Below, piece by piece: positions 8,946 to 19,152 of a stretch of DNA of 64,000 nucleotides. This DNA comes from an uncultured bacterium. Its GTDB lineage: Bacteria > Babelota > Babeliae > Babelales > Vermiphilaceae. Both the position numbers and the translations under genes were made by a program. The notes beneath the pieces were generated by a model. That model was not told the origin of the DNA. It did no database searches and was given only the letters and a program-made list of their open reading frames with translations. The stretch is from positions 128,001-192,000 of the forward strand of contig CAVSFC010000002.1 of NCBI GenBank assembly GCA_963727255.1, in the 5' to 3' direction. How positions within the stretch are numbered: position 1 is the first letter of the stretch; every line of letters begins with the position of its first letter.

Positions 8946-10400
8946 ATGAAAAAATCAGGATCAAACATTTTTTCAAATCTTACATTAGCAATATTTTTTT
9001 CCCGTTCGTTTCGAGCGAGGCCTTGGCCGAATCGAGAAATCAGAAAAAGATTTCTCGGCTCCGTGCTACGCACTGCGCTCGAAGCGAACGGAACCAGAGT
9101 AATTGCGCTACTAATGGCAGGCTTAAGCACATTTTTGCTTCATGCCGATCAATTTAGTTTGATTGCAGAACGGCACAATGTTTTGGATCATACGATAAAA
9201 CCAGCATTGTGGGCTACGCAAGAATTGCCAGTAAAGATCGATATCTCAGGATATGTAAAAGCAGAAGGGATTTTTGATACGCGGCAAAATTTTACTGAAA
9301 GAGATGGGCATTTCCTCTTTTTCCCGCTTAATCGCTTGCCCGACGTGAATGGAAGAGATATTAACGGCCGAGGCGAATTTGATGAATACGCAATTCAAAC
9401 TCGTGTGCGCTTTGAAGCATTCGGGGCTGATGTTGGATGCTTTAGGAGCCGGAGCTATATCGAAGCAGATTTTTTTGGTACTACTGATGACACGCTTGAT
9501 AGTTTTAGAATGCGCCACGCCTATTTATGCTTAGAATCCGATGATTTTGATTTCTGGGCTGGGCAAACATGGCATCCTATGTATTTCCCCGTTGAAGCTC
9601 CTGACACCATCTCATTCAATACTGGAACTCCAATCGATCCCTATATTCGTGCACCACAATTTAGATTAGTTTACCACAATGAACATTTTGATGTTGTTGG
9701 AACACTCATCGGAATTTTAGGGGATCGGCCTTTTGGACCTTTAGGACCAACAGATAAATATTTTCGTGATTCGATTATGCCCGATATGAACCTGCAAACA
9801 CGATTCAAGTGGGATGATGGCCAACAATTTATTGGCCTCGGGGTTGATTTCATGCGTATTACCCCGCGCTTAGTAAGCAATACAGATTATAAAGACGTTA
9901 ATCCCTTTAATGCATTTTCAGCAATTATTTACTCTCGATTTGCTTATGATGATCATATCATTCTCTATAACAAATTTTGCTACGCAGATGATGCTGCTAT
10001 TTGGGATATGATTGGTGGCTATGCAGTTCATACGGTGGATCCGATTACTGATAGCAGAACCTATGTTCCGCTCCGCACCATCTCATGGTGGTCCGAGCTT
10101 ATTTTTCAGGGCCCTATCGAACCGGCATTATTTATTGGTTGGGTTGAGAATATTGGCGCTAAAAAAACAATTATACAAAATATCGGCGCTGAACAAACAG
10201 TGTATGGTTTGGGTACTAATATTAAGAGCGTGCTTCGAGCTTCCCCACGAATTAGGGTTTATATAAAATCGTTTGTACTTGGCGCAGAAGTTGAGTATAC
10301 CCGTGCCACCTATGGAACGCTTGATAATTTTGGCAACGTGACAAACACCATTCCCGTTGGCAATACCCGATTTCTCTTTGCCACCTATTATATATTTTAG
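8946..10400 (+). CDS. DcaP-like outer-membrane porin, paralog 2, with palindromic insertion in the N-terminus
   Basis: ISGYVK, IEADFFG, FRMRHAY, GQTWHP motifs, C-terminal ATYYIF; clearly paralogous to 7632..8933. True start could be later. Confidence 0.75.
   Translation: MKKSGSNIFSNLTLAIFFSRSFRARPWPNREIRKRFLGSVLRTALEANGTRVIALLMAGLSTFLLHADQFSLIAERHNVLDHTIKPALWATQELPVKIDISGYVKAEGIFDTRQNFTERDGHFLFFPLNRLPDVNGRDINGRGEFDEYAIQTRVRFEAFGADVGCFRSRSYIEADFFGTTDDTLDSFRMRHAYLCLESDDFDFWAGQTWHPMYFPVEAPDTISFNTGTPIDPYIRAPQFRLVYHNEHFDVVGTLIGILGDRPFGPLGPTDKYFRDSIMPDMNLQTRFKWDDGQQFIGLGVDFMRITPRLVSNTDYKDVNPFNAFSAIIYSRFAYDDHIILYNKFCYADDAAIWDMIGGYAVHTVDPITDSRTYVPLRTISWWSELIFQGPIEPALFIGWVENIGAKKTIIQNIGAEQTVYGLGTNIKSVLRASPRIRVYIKSFVLGAEVEYTRATYGTLDNFGNVTNTIPVGNTRFLFATYYIF
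9002..9091. repeat. Multi-hairpin palindromic element (type A variant)
   Basis: Terminal IR ccgttcgtttcgagcg / cgctcgaagcgaacgg (15/16) plus three internal hairpins; homologous to 37155-37235. Confidence 0.85.
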
Positions 10401-10415
10401 AAAAAAGAGGCTTTC

Positions 10416-11411
10416 ATGAAGCAATCAAAACTCATTTTTAGTGCATTCGCAAGCATCATGATCTGCAATCTTAATGCAATGCAAACTGATAAAAAGCCGC
10501 TCCAAAAGATTGTATTTTTTCGAGGAATGAGCACCTTAGGCAAAGGAGAGCTCTGTAGAGAAATAGTTCGGCAAGGCTCAGGCTGGCAGCTGGTAAATGA
10601 TGATGATTGCACTATGGAGGTCGAGCTTGCGATGTGCCAAAAACAATTTCCCGAAGAATATGCCACCATCGCCCAAAGTATTGCCCCGGAAAATCTTTTC
10701 CATGCAATAAAACGCATTGAAGTTTTTTATAAGCCCGAAACAAGCGAAGAACAAAAACGGGCGGTGCGAGCTGCAATTGCCCGTATTAGATTTATCAATA
10801 ATAAACCCGGCATTTATCAAAAAGAAGAACGCCATCGGGAAATTAAAAATCTCATTAAGGATCGTATTCATGCAGCACTCAAAAATAACTATCATGTGGT
10901 AAATGATAGCTGGGTACTCACCCAAGCAGATTTTGCAGAGTTTGCGCAATACGATATTATTAGAACGTATTATTATATACCACTTGATCTGCTTATTACA
11001 TCCCTTATAAATACTAATAGAGAGACTTTAAAAACACACAATCTAAAAAACCGGCGATCATTTTGGCATATACTCAATTCATTTGATCGATTATTATCTA
11101 AAGGAGGAGGTGAACAGAAGCCTCTGGATTCCATCAGCCGAGAAAATTTTTTAGAAGCTTTGGCACGAATAGAAAAAAATCTGCCTAAAACTGCTCCCGA
11201 GTTCCGGCAATTCACCCATCAAGAAATGACTACCCAAGAACTCGATGAACGCCGCAAAAAATATCTTGCAAATATTGGCACTAACAAAGGAATGCATCTC
11301 TATCCGGATTTATCCTATGATATCATCATAAAAAAAACATCCCCGTCTGATGACCCTGGCATACAGGCACAAAAATTATTAAAACATGTTGAAGCCAAAG
11401 CACATTCTTGA
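10416..11411 (+). CDS. Secreted P-loop kinase-like protein
   Basis: Signal peptide, then IVFFRGMSTLGKG (Walker A-like), later VVND and YDIII. Confidence 0.55.
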   Translation: MKQSKLIFSAFASIMICNLNAMQTDKKPLQKIVFFRGMSTLGKGELCREIVRQGSGWQLVNDDDCTMEVELAMCQKQFPEEYATIAQSIAPENLFHAIKRIEVFYKPETSEEQKRAVRAAIARIRFINNKPGIYQKEERHREIKNLIKDRIHAALKNNYHVVNDSWVLTQADFAEFAQYDIIRTYYYIPLDLLITSLINTNRETLKTHNLKNRRSFWHILNSFDRLLSKGGGEQKPLDSISRENFLEALARIEKNLPKTAPEFRQFTHQEMTTQELDERRKKYLANIGTNKGMHLYPDLSYDIIIKKTSPSDDPGIQAQKLLKHVEAKAHS

Positions 11412-11483
11412 TCATTGCATTATGTGTCTCAACTTTTGTACCTTATTCTCAGTAATTATTTATTTATAAAAAGGAGCATCACC

Positions 11484-11687
11484 ATGCAACAAATGCCACA
11501 TGTTTCCAAAACCGTAAAAGGCCTTCTATTTTTTATTTCCGGGCTGATTCTATTTTTATATGTCACCAACATTATCACCATCGGACTGCAAATGGTCCTC
11601 TTGCTCGCATCAATCATCATAATGATTTATGGTTTTATCGAGATGGATGCATGGCACAAAATAATGAAACTCATTAATAGAAAATAA
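11484..11687 (+). CDS. Small two-TM membrane protein
   Basis: RBS aaggag before ATG 11484; two hydrophobic helices. Confidence 0.7.
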   Translation: MQQMPHVSKTVKGLLFFISGLILFLYVTNIITIGLQMVLLLASIIIMIYGFIEMDAWHKIMKLINRK

Positions 11688-11696
11688 AGAAATAAT

Positions 11697-11737
11697 AAGA
11701 AGAGAAAAACGTTTTTTTCAGCGGTTTTTCTCTTCTT
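11697..11737. terminator. Probable intrinsic terminator
   Basis: 14-bp IR aagaagagaaaaac/gtttttctcttctt after the stop codon. Confidence 0.6.
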
Positions 11738-11817
11738 TATTTTCAGATGTTGCGATTTCTACAGTTGGCCCCATAAACTCAAGATAGTTTATTTTCCATA
11801 TTTCAAAAGGGGTTACT

Positions 11818-12231
11818 ATGAATATCCATTCTCTCAAAAGTCTTTCAATACTCATCTTGATGAGCGGCGCTGCGTTTGCAATGCATCCGGCCCATGATCA
11901 AAAAAAAGAAACACTCAAACAAGCGGTTGTGGCTTCTGCTTCTAACAACCAAAATACAAAAAGTATATCACTCGCTTCGGTAGAAACTGCTGCAAGCAAT
12001 GCTAATCAAATAGCTACGGATGTTAGTAATACTGCAACTGCCATTGAGGATATTGCGGCTAACATAGAATCAACCGTCGCTAGTAATGCAAAAGATCCAG
12101 AACCTAAAAAAATACTTGAAGATGCTGGTGGAACCGCACTCGATATTCTTGAAGGAGCCCCTGCACTACTCTTAGCTGCTGTTGAAGATGTGGCAGCAGT
12201 GAAACAGGCTTCTCAAATTGCAAAAAAATAA
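11818..12231 (+). CDS. Secreted Ala-rich hypothetical protein
   Basis: Signal peptide ending AFA|M; followed by a terminator. Confidence 0.7.
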   Translation: MNIHSLKSLSILILMSGAAFAMHPAHDQKKETLKQAVVASASNNQNTKSISLASVETAASNANQIATDVSNTATAIEDIAANIESTVASNAKDPEPKKILEDAGGTALDILEGAPALLLAAVEDVAAVKQASQIAKK

Positions 12232-12248
12232 GTTCTGAGCTCGTTCAG

Positions 12249-12274
12249 AGGCTCCCACAGATGGGAGCCTTTTT
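12249..12274 (+). terminator. Intrinsic terminator
   Basis: aggctccca/tgggagcct stem followed by a T run. Confidence 0.75.
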
Positions 12275-12346
12275 ATTAATTAGATTTTTGCCATTTTTAC
12301 TGAAGTAAAACCTGAACTTTTTAACAGCTTATAGGAAGGACCGCTA

Positions 12347-12871
12347 ATGAAATATTCTTCACTAGTATCGCTAGCATTGTTTTTTAGCATTCCGTTGCAG
12401 GCAATGGAAGAAAAAAATAACATATCTAAATTTTCAACCATCGAAGAACTTCTTGGTTTAGAATTAGCAAATTCTTGTACAGTTCAACCTCTCGAAGATT
12501 TTTTTGCTCCAGAAGCGCTTACTACTGCAATGAACACAGCTGATAGCATGGAAAAAAGCATTGCACAGGGTGACACTATCATAGGAAAATGGCGTGCTGC
12601 ACCAAACACAATCGGAATTCTTTCTGATTTAGAGCGAGTAACTGATGAACTGAGAACGAAATCTAATCTGTTAGAATCTTTTAGCAAAAGTTGTGAAACC
12701 CAAACTGCTAACTTAATAGAATCGGGCGCCTTTCAACGTTTAAATAAAACCTTAACTGCCGTCAAAGGAAGTTTAAGGTTTGATCCAATAGCGGTAATCC
12801 CAAATGAATTGGATCATCCAGTGCAGCGTTTTTTAACTACTATAAGCACTTTGAAGCTGCCAAATCATTAG
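12347..12871 (+). CDS. Secreted hypothetical protein
   Basis: Signal peptide ending LQA|MEE; RBS-like aggaagga. Confidence 0.7.
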   Translation: MKYSSLVSLALFFSIPLQAMEEKNNISKFSTIEELLGLELANSCTVQPLEDFFAPEALTTAMNTADSMEKSIAQGDTIIGKWRAAPNTIGILSDLERVTDELRTKSNLLESFSKSCETQTANLIESGAFQRLNKTLTAVKGSLRFDPIAVIPNELDHPVQRFLTTISTLKLPNH

Positions 12872-12876
12872 GAGAA

Positions 12877-12910
12877 TGGTTCGATACGACTGCTTTGCAG
12901 TCTAGCCCCA
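12877..12910. repeat. Degenerate half of type A palindromic element between convergent genes
   Basis: tggttcgatac-[gactgc ttt gcagtc]-tagcccca matches the reverse complement of 43866-43901 (tggttcgatac-[hairpin]-actcacca). Confidence 0.55.
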
Positions 12911-12927
12911 TAAGCGGAGTAATTATT

Positions 12928-15900
12928 TTATTCAGATTTTTTGCGTTCCAAAGTTCCGGAATTGCTGACAACCACACGAACTGGATATGCAATTTCAATA
13001 CCATGTTCATGAAGGCGTTTTACGATCGCAAAACGAATATCGCTGGCAATATCCCACATATCAAGGGTATGATTCGAGCTTAAAAAGCCACGCACTAAAA
13101 ATACATAGCCAAGATCGGAGAAGTTTTCCAAACGAACAACCGGCCGCGGATTTTTAAGAACTACGCGGCTTTCATCAAGAACTCTCATCAACAGTTCTCG
13201 CACGTGAGCCGGATCAACTTTATAGGGAATCGTTACCATAATATCATCAAAGGCTATAAATCCGCGTGCATGATTCCAATTGGTCACGGTGCGCGATGTT
13301 ATTTGGGTATTCGGAATAATCACGGTGGTGCTATTTTTCCTGCGAACCTCAACCGAGCGCGGAGTAATCCGCCGAACCACCCCATTAGTGGTATCATCCA
13401 TAAAAATATAATCGCCTACTTTAATCGGACGTTGCACGATCAAAATAAAATAGGAGATTAAATCCGCTGCAGGATCTTTAATCACCCAACCAACACCAAG
13501 CACTAATGCTGCAATGAGATACCAAATCTGATCAGCAAGCCCAATCGATTGAAACCCAAATATAATTGCTGCAATGATGATTAAATATCGGATCAAACTG
13601 GCAATCGTATTTTGCACACCCGCATCGATAAGCAAAATATCAAAGATTCGCCCCAGTACAAATTTATTGATTGCAAATGCGATCAGTGATCCAATAAAAA
13701 CAAACCCGATAATCTTAAAAAGACTATAAAGCGAAATGGGCGATCGCGTATTTTCGAGCAAGAATGGGGTCTTGATCCATGCCATTACATCGGACCAACT
13801 TTGCACCTTCATGAGCACTTCTGGCCAATGCCAAATGCGCGCCGCAATCAATAGGCCGATGAAAGTGAAGGCGGCAAGAATAATTACTACCAATAATCCA
13901 TACCAGGTTTTGGCATAGGAGAATCGATCCCGCGCAATCTCTTCATCACTATCAAAATAGAAGAAAATTCGAGAAGAGACCCGCTTGAACCATTCCTGGA
14001 TCCAAAGCAAGAGCTGAATAAGGATAGCGGTATAAAAGAGCCGCTTAAGAATAAAGAGCACCAGCCGGCCATATCCAACATAGGGATTACTCATAACAAT
14101 TACGGCAATAAGGAATAATTGCAGGAAATAATAATAGGTATCAACCAGCTCATAAATCCATTTACCAAAATCGGATCGCGTTGAGATAAGGCTCAAGATT
14201 TGATCCTTTGAAAGCAATAGAATCGCCGCAATCTGGAAAATAATGAAGTTGATTGCAAGAAGAATAGTTGGCAATTCAGATTTGTGATAATTGCCTAAAA
14301 TAAATGCTTCGCGGAAGAATACGATAATAATTGTTGCATAAATCAGCGTAGAGAAAACTACTACAAAGCGTTCTTGATAATCTTTGCTCAAAAATACATA
14401 ATTATATTTTTCATTAAAATAGACCAAATACCGCATGAATCGATTGGCCAGATATAAAAGATAGGGTATTGAAAACAGATAAAATAGAATATATACATAC
14501 GGATCCGGGCATGGATAAAATCGCAGCAGAATAAATAGGGTTACCCATATTATAAGGCTCACCAGATGCTTAATCCCAAAACCTAAGAACACTGCCGTTA
14601 AAATACTGGTCCAGCGCACCCCAACGGGAGCCTGCTCTATAGAAACTAATTTATTGGTGATATAGGGAAGATATTTTTTGATTATGAGTAATCCAAAAAT
14701 AGCCAGCAGGAGCTTGAATAAAAAAGCTATCAATTGCCAGGGAGAGACAAAAAGGTTTTTTACTTTTTGCCATAAAGAAGAAAAATCGAGAGTGCTTACA
14801 TAATCTTTTACATCTTTTATAAATGCCTGCACATCCGGAAGACTATTTTTAATGCCATTCCATGAAATCGCATGTTCCGGGCGATACCAAATAGTAATGG
14901 ATCCAAGCTCCGCATTTATAAAATCAAGGTGTTTACCCGCATTGCTAATTTTAGATAGAATATCGGTATAAACCCCTGCAATCTTGCCCAATAAATCAAT
15001 CTGCTCTTGCACTTTCTCTTCCGCATGCTTGAGCAGTGCAACATACTGCTCATAATCAATTGAAGCATCTTTGAAGATTGAGTTTTTCTCATTTTCAGCA
15101 GCTTGTTGCTTTGCTTTGAGATTTTCAAGCGCCTTTTTTTGCGCAGTAATTAATGCGGTAATATTATTTTGTCGTTCTTTATACAGTGCATAGTTAGCTT
15201 TGTTTTCTGCCTTTGAAGTATCATATTTTTTTAGTTCTCGATTAACATCATCTTCGGTATTAAATCGGGATCCAACCATTTTAGAAAATGATTCCTTAAC
15301 ATTATTGCGCAGAGTCTCATCGCGTAAGGTTTCATCTTCGAGCGCTAATTGAGCTTCTAGAAGTTCCTTTTCTTCTTTTATTAAGCAGAAGCTCATCATT
15401 CAAAGTGCCAACTTGCGCAAGTGCTAAATATGCGGCAGCCGATCTCTTAGGAGCTTTTCCCATTCATCAAGCTCGGGGCCGAGAACAATATTATAGCGTT
15501 TGCTGATTGTTTCTAATTCCCGTGATTTATCTCTCTGCTCACTGCTAAGCTTATCAATCTCTTGGCGATAGCCTTCTTTGACCGTAAATGATTGCTGGCG
15601 CTTTTTATCAAGCTCTTCCAGCGTGAGAGCAACATCGGCTTCACTCACTTTAGTCAGCGGTTTAATGGTGAGCTAACGCTTTCTTAAGCACGCCTAACTG
15701 CTTCTTTTGCTTAGAATAACTTGGTTCTGATAAGCGTATATTTATATTCAGCTTCAGATATTCGCATTGCATCAAGGGCCTTGCGATCGTTAAATGCAAG
15801 TTCTGCCAATGCCTCAATATCCGCTTTTTGTTTTGTGCTGAAACCAGAAAGATCATTGATTCTGCCTGCTTCCGTATCTTTTTTATCTTTTTTTGATTGA

Positions 15901-16631
15901 TATGATTCGATCGTTAATTGTGCTGCTCGTTTACGATTATCAAGCTCTGCACTTGCATTTGCTTCTTGCTCGGTGAGTGTGGTGATTTCTTTTTCACGTT
16001 CCAGAATTTTTTCATACAGGGGCAATAAATCTTCATCAAATGAATATGATGTTTTATCTTTGCCTAAAAATGATTGGGCCAAATTTTTTTGATCAGGATC
16101 GGCAAGATACGCTTGATCAAGCTTATCAATATCACCCATAATTCTAATTACTTCGGCACGCGAATATTTAAGATCATTAAGGGATTGGAAGCGATCAAGG
16201 CTCAAAGCTAATTTTTGCTTAATATACTCATTTTCCGGAGTGACCCGAAGCGCTTGCTCAAATACAGAGATCTGATTTTTTAGCTGATCGGTTGTAGCTG
16301 TGGTATTGGTATTAAACTCTTTATCACTGGCAAGAAGCTCTGCTCGTTTTTTCTTGCGTTCAGCCATCCGCTCTTGCGTTTCTTCTGCGCGAGTGGTGAA
16401 AAATTTTTTTTCAGTCGGGAGTAATTTTTTTCCCGCTTCTTCGACAAGGGCTGCCCCCGCCAAATAGTTGCTAGGCGCAGCAATTAAAAGAAAAAGTAGA
16501 ACCCGTTTGCTTCCCATCCTTCGCCAGAGGCTTTGGCGGGCAGACTCGCATCCCGTTCTTCCTGAGTTTGTCGAAGGATCGAAACGAACGGTTACTATTT
16601 TTTTACTAAACTCTGAAAATCGAATATTCAT
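12928..16631 (-). CDS. Large MscK/MscS-family mechanosensitive channel, split by about 4 frameshifts at 15380-15720
   Basis: C-terminal MscS core (RPIKVGDYI, GVVRRITPRS, IIPN, NW, GIEIAYP), multi-TM region and long periplasmic coiled coil. ORF pieces 15711..16631, 15662..15720, 15424..15648 and 12928..15399 join by single-base shifts. Confidence 0.8.
16513..16591. repeat. Tandem type B (16513-16540) and type A (16552-16591) palindromic elements in the 5' end of the MscS gene
   Basis: cccatccttcgccagaggctttggcggg, and cccgttcttcctgagtttgtcgaaggatcgaaacgaacgg whose reverse complement matches the recD2 insert. Confidence 0.8.
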
Positions 16632-16637
16632 ATGAGC

Positions 16638-17216
16638 CTATATAATGTCTAAAAAATGCACGGTTTTGAATACGTGAATGAGCGGATGAATCGCTATGCA
16701 ACGCCGCACCCATTCATGTAACGCTTGCTTTGTGTCTAAATGTATTGATTTATCCATGATAGTGTCAATAGATTCTCGCGCAAGATAATAATAAAATGGA
16801 TCTTCGAATCGGGGTTCATCAGGATGCATTCCCAGCAAGATCAACAATTTAAACAAAAAAGCAATCTTAAATTCATGCACATATGCAGTTGGCCGCTCCT
16901 GATAAAGCTGCATCACCGCATGAAAAATCTCAGGAACATTGCTGCCAAATGGTGCGCAAAAATAACAAATTTCAAGCACATGATGCAAAAAAAGAATATC
17001 TTCTTTGGCAAGCGAAAGCGGCATATCAATTAAATTGATCTCATGCAAAAAATAAACGGTTCCCCGCTGCTGCGCATGATAGGAAAGCAAAGAGCCGACT
17101 GCAAACTGATCGGAGGGCGGAACTCCTTCTATCTTGCCCAGTTGCTGATCAAGAACAACCATCTTCATTTTTTTAGGGAAAAATGTTTTAAGAATAATAC
17201 CGCTCTTTTTTTCCAC
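16638..17216 (-). CDS. recO: RecO-like DNA repair protein (short, divergent)
   Basis: N-terminal GIILK..VLDQQLGKI OB-like segment; helical E..Y..P..PEIF and FKLLILLGMHP resemble RecO. Confidence 0.5.
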   Translation of the reverse strand: MEKKSGIILKTFFPKKMKMVVLDQQLGKIEGVPPSDQFAVGSLLSYHAQQRGTVYFLHEINLIDMPLSLAKEDILFLHHVLEICYFCAPFGSNVPEIFHAVMQLYQERPTAYVHEFKIAFLFKLLILLGMHPDEPRFEDPFYYYLARESIDTIMDKSIHLDTKQALHEWVRRCIAIHPLIHVFKTVHFLDII

Positions 17217-17335
17217 GAATAACCCTGCTTAATAATATCATAATAACCATCCTACCGTTCATTGCATGATTTGCCCATCTTTTATTTTTGTAACCCAGTA
17301 TTTTTACATTGCCAAAGTTAAATTTGCAGGAAAAT

Positions 17336-17385
17336 ACCCGCCGTAGCTTGCCGAACCTGATGGTCCGGATAAGCGAAGGCTGGGT
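17336..17385. repeat. Extended type B palindromic element
   Basis: Reverse complement matches 22231-22280 at 40/50 positions by manual alignment. Confidence 0.8.
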
Positions 17386-17463
17386 TTATCATATGACCCC
17401 CTTGATTTATCGGCAGGCATGCCATAGATTAAACGCGTACCCTTTGCCTCTAAAAGGAAAAAA

Positions 17464-19152
17464 ATGAAGCCGATTCTTTTACGTGCATTAGTCTGCACTC
17501 TTCTATGCTTTCCAGCCAGCATTTCTGCCGATTTTAAAAAGCCCCGTTTAACGATTATCATGGTGGTTGATCAGTTTGCCTATTCCTATTTGCGCAAATT
17601 ATCATGCTATCTTAACCATGGCATCAAATTTCTGATGCGGCATGGCATCGTATATGAAAACGCGCAGCATCCGCATGGCATGCCATCAACCGGGCCTGGG
17701 CATACTGCTTTGAGTACCGGGTGCTATGCAAAAGATCATGGCATCACATCTAACCATTGGGCAACCCCCTTTGGAAAAAAAATTGCATGTGATGACGATG
17801 ATCCAAAAACAGCCGCCGTTATTAATCCGCGCGGCGGATTTTATGATTTTGGCAAAGGCCCGCTGCATATTGAAGTTGATGGCATCAGCGATCAGTTTGT
17901 GATGAGCCAGGAACCAGGATCATCTCGAGTAGCTATTTCTCTTTCTATAAAAAGCCGCGCCGCCGTATGCACTGCCAATGAGATGGGAAAAGCAATTTGG
18001 CTTGACAGCAACACGGGCCAATTTACCTCAAGCAAAGCATATTATGATCAACTGCCTTCTTGGTTAAAACAATTTAATCAGCAAAAACGGCTCGATACAA
18101 TTACCAAAATATCATGGCCACTCTTTTTCCCGCGATGCAGCAAGGCTTACAATTTTAAATACATTGATAATTATCAATACAGCGCCCGCCCAAGCATAGT
18201 AGGAAAAACGTTGCCTATCGATTGGAACTCCGATGATCCATTCGAACTTTTTATTCGCACTCCGGCAGCAAATCAACTTTTATTTGATTTAGCCTTACAT
18301 ACTATCAAAACGCATGTCACCAGAAAATCGTGCCAAGAAATGATGCTTTGGGTTTGCCTGAGCCCGCTGGATATGGTGGGCCACGAATTTGGACCGCAAA
18401 GCCGCGAAGTTATCGATATGATTTATCATCTTGATTGCCAAATTGAGCGCTTTATGGATTCTGTTTCAGAATACCTCAAACGAACCGATGTATTATATGT
18501 ATTAACTGCTGATCACGGAGTAAGCCCAATCCCTGAACTGCTCAATGATGATGGGTATAGCGCAGCCACCCGCATCGATTACAGCAAAGTGATTCCGCAG
18601 ATTAATGACTCCATCAAAAAAAGCCTGGAAATTGATGAATATATTTCTCACTGCTTATCGAATCAACTTTTTGTAAATGAGAAAGTATGGAGAAGTTTGG
18701 GCCAAGAAAAGCAGGAAAAAGCATTGATGATCATCAAAGATACCTTGCGCTATCATGCAGGGGTAAAAAAAGTATGGACCGCTGAAGAATTAAAAAATAG
18801 CTGGTTCGATCAAGATATGCTCGAATCACATTTTAAATATCAGATGTATCCCGGCAGAACTGGCAGATATATTATTCAACCATTCCCCTATTGCGTTGCA
18901 GATGATTATGGAACCGGCACCGGGCATCGAACGCCCTATGAACCAGATACGCATGTGCCATTGATTCTATATCAAAAGCATAATCTGGAAAGCCGTGTGA
19001 TCTATGATAAAGTTTGGACGTTGCAATTGGCGCCAAGCCTTGCACATATTTTGCATATTCAACGGCCATCGGCTTGCACGGCGCATCTGCTTCCTGGTTT
19101 AATTGATTATGATCCTATTACCGGTGAAGTGTTACAAACGGTGGTTTTATGA
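17464..19152 (+). CDS. Alkaline phosphatase superfamily protein (PafA-like)
   Basis: Signal peptide, VVDQ, TGPGH (Thr nucleophile), D..GH.FGP, TADHG, GH..PY..DTHVP. Confidence 0.9.
   Translation: MKPILLRALVCTLLCFPASISADFKKPRLTIIMVVDQFAYSYLRKLSCYLNHGIKFLMRHGIVYENAQHPHGMPSTGPGHTALSTGCYAKDHGITSNHWATPFGKKIACDDDDPKTAAVINPRGGFYDFGKGPLHIEVDGISDQFVMSQEPGSSRVAISLSIKSRAAVCTANEMGKAIWLDSNTGQFTSSKAYYDQLPSWLKQFNQQKRLDTITKISWPLFFPRCSKAYNFKYIDNYQYSARPSIVGKTLPIDWNSDDPFELFIRTPAANQLLFDLALHTIKTHVTRKSCQEMMLWVCLSPLDMVGHEFGPQSREVIDMIYHLDCQIERFMDSVSEYLKRTDVLYVLTADHGVSPIPELLNDDGYSAATRIDYSKVIPQINDSIKKSLEIDEYISHCLSNQLFVNEKVWRSLGQEKQEKALMIIKDTLRYHAGVKKVWTAEELKNSWFDQDMLESHFKYQMYPGRTGRYIIQPFPYCVADDYGTGTGHRTPYEPDTHVPLILYQKHNLESRVIYDKVWTLQLAPSLAHILHIQRPSACTAHLLPGLIDYDPITGEVLQTVVL

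Noticed and set aside
9002..9091. Cloverleaf-like fold as a tRNA
   Set aside because: No recognisable D or T-loop consensus in the right positions and no CCA; it is homologous to the dispersed palindromic repeat.
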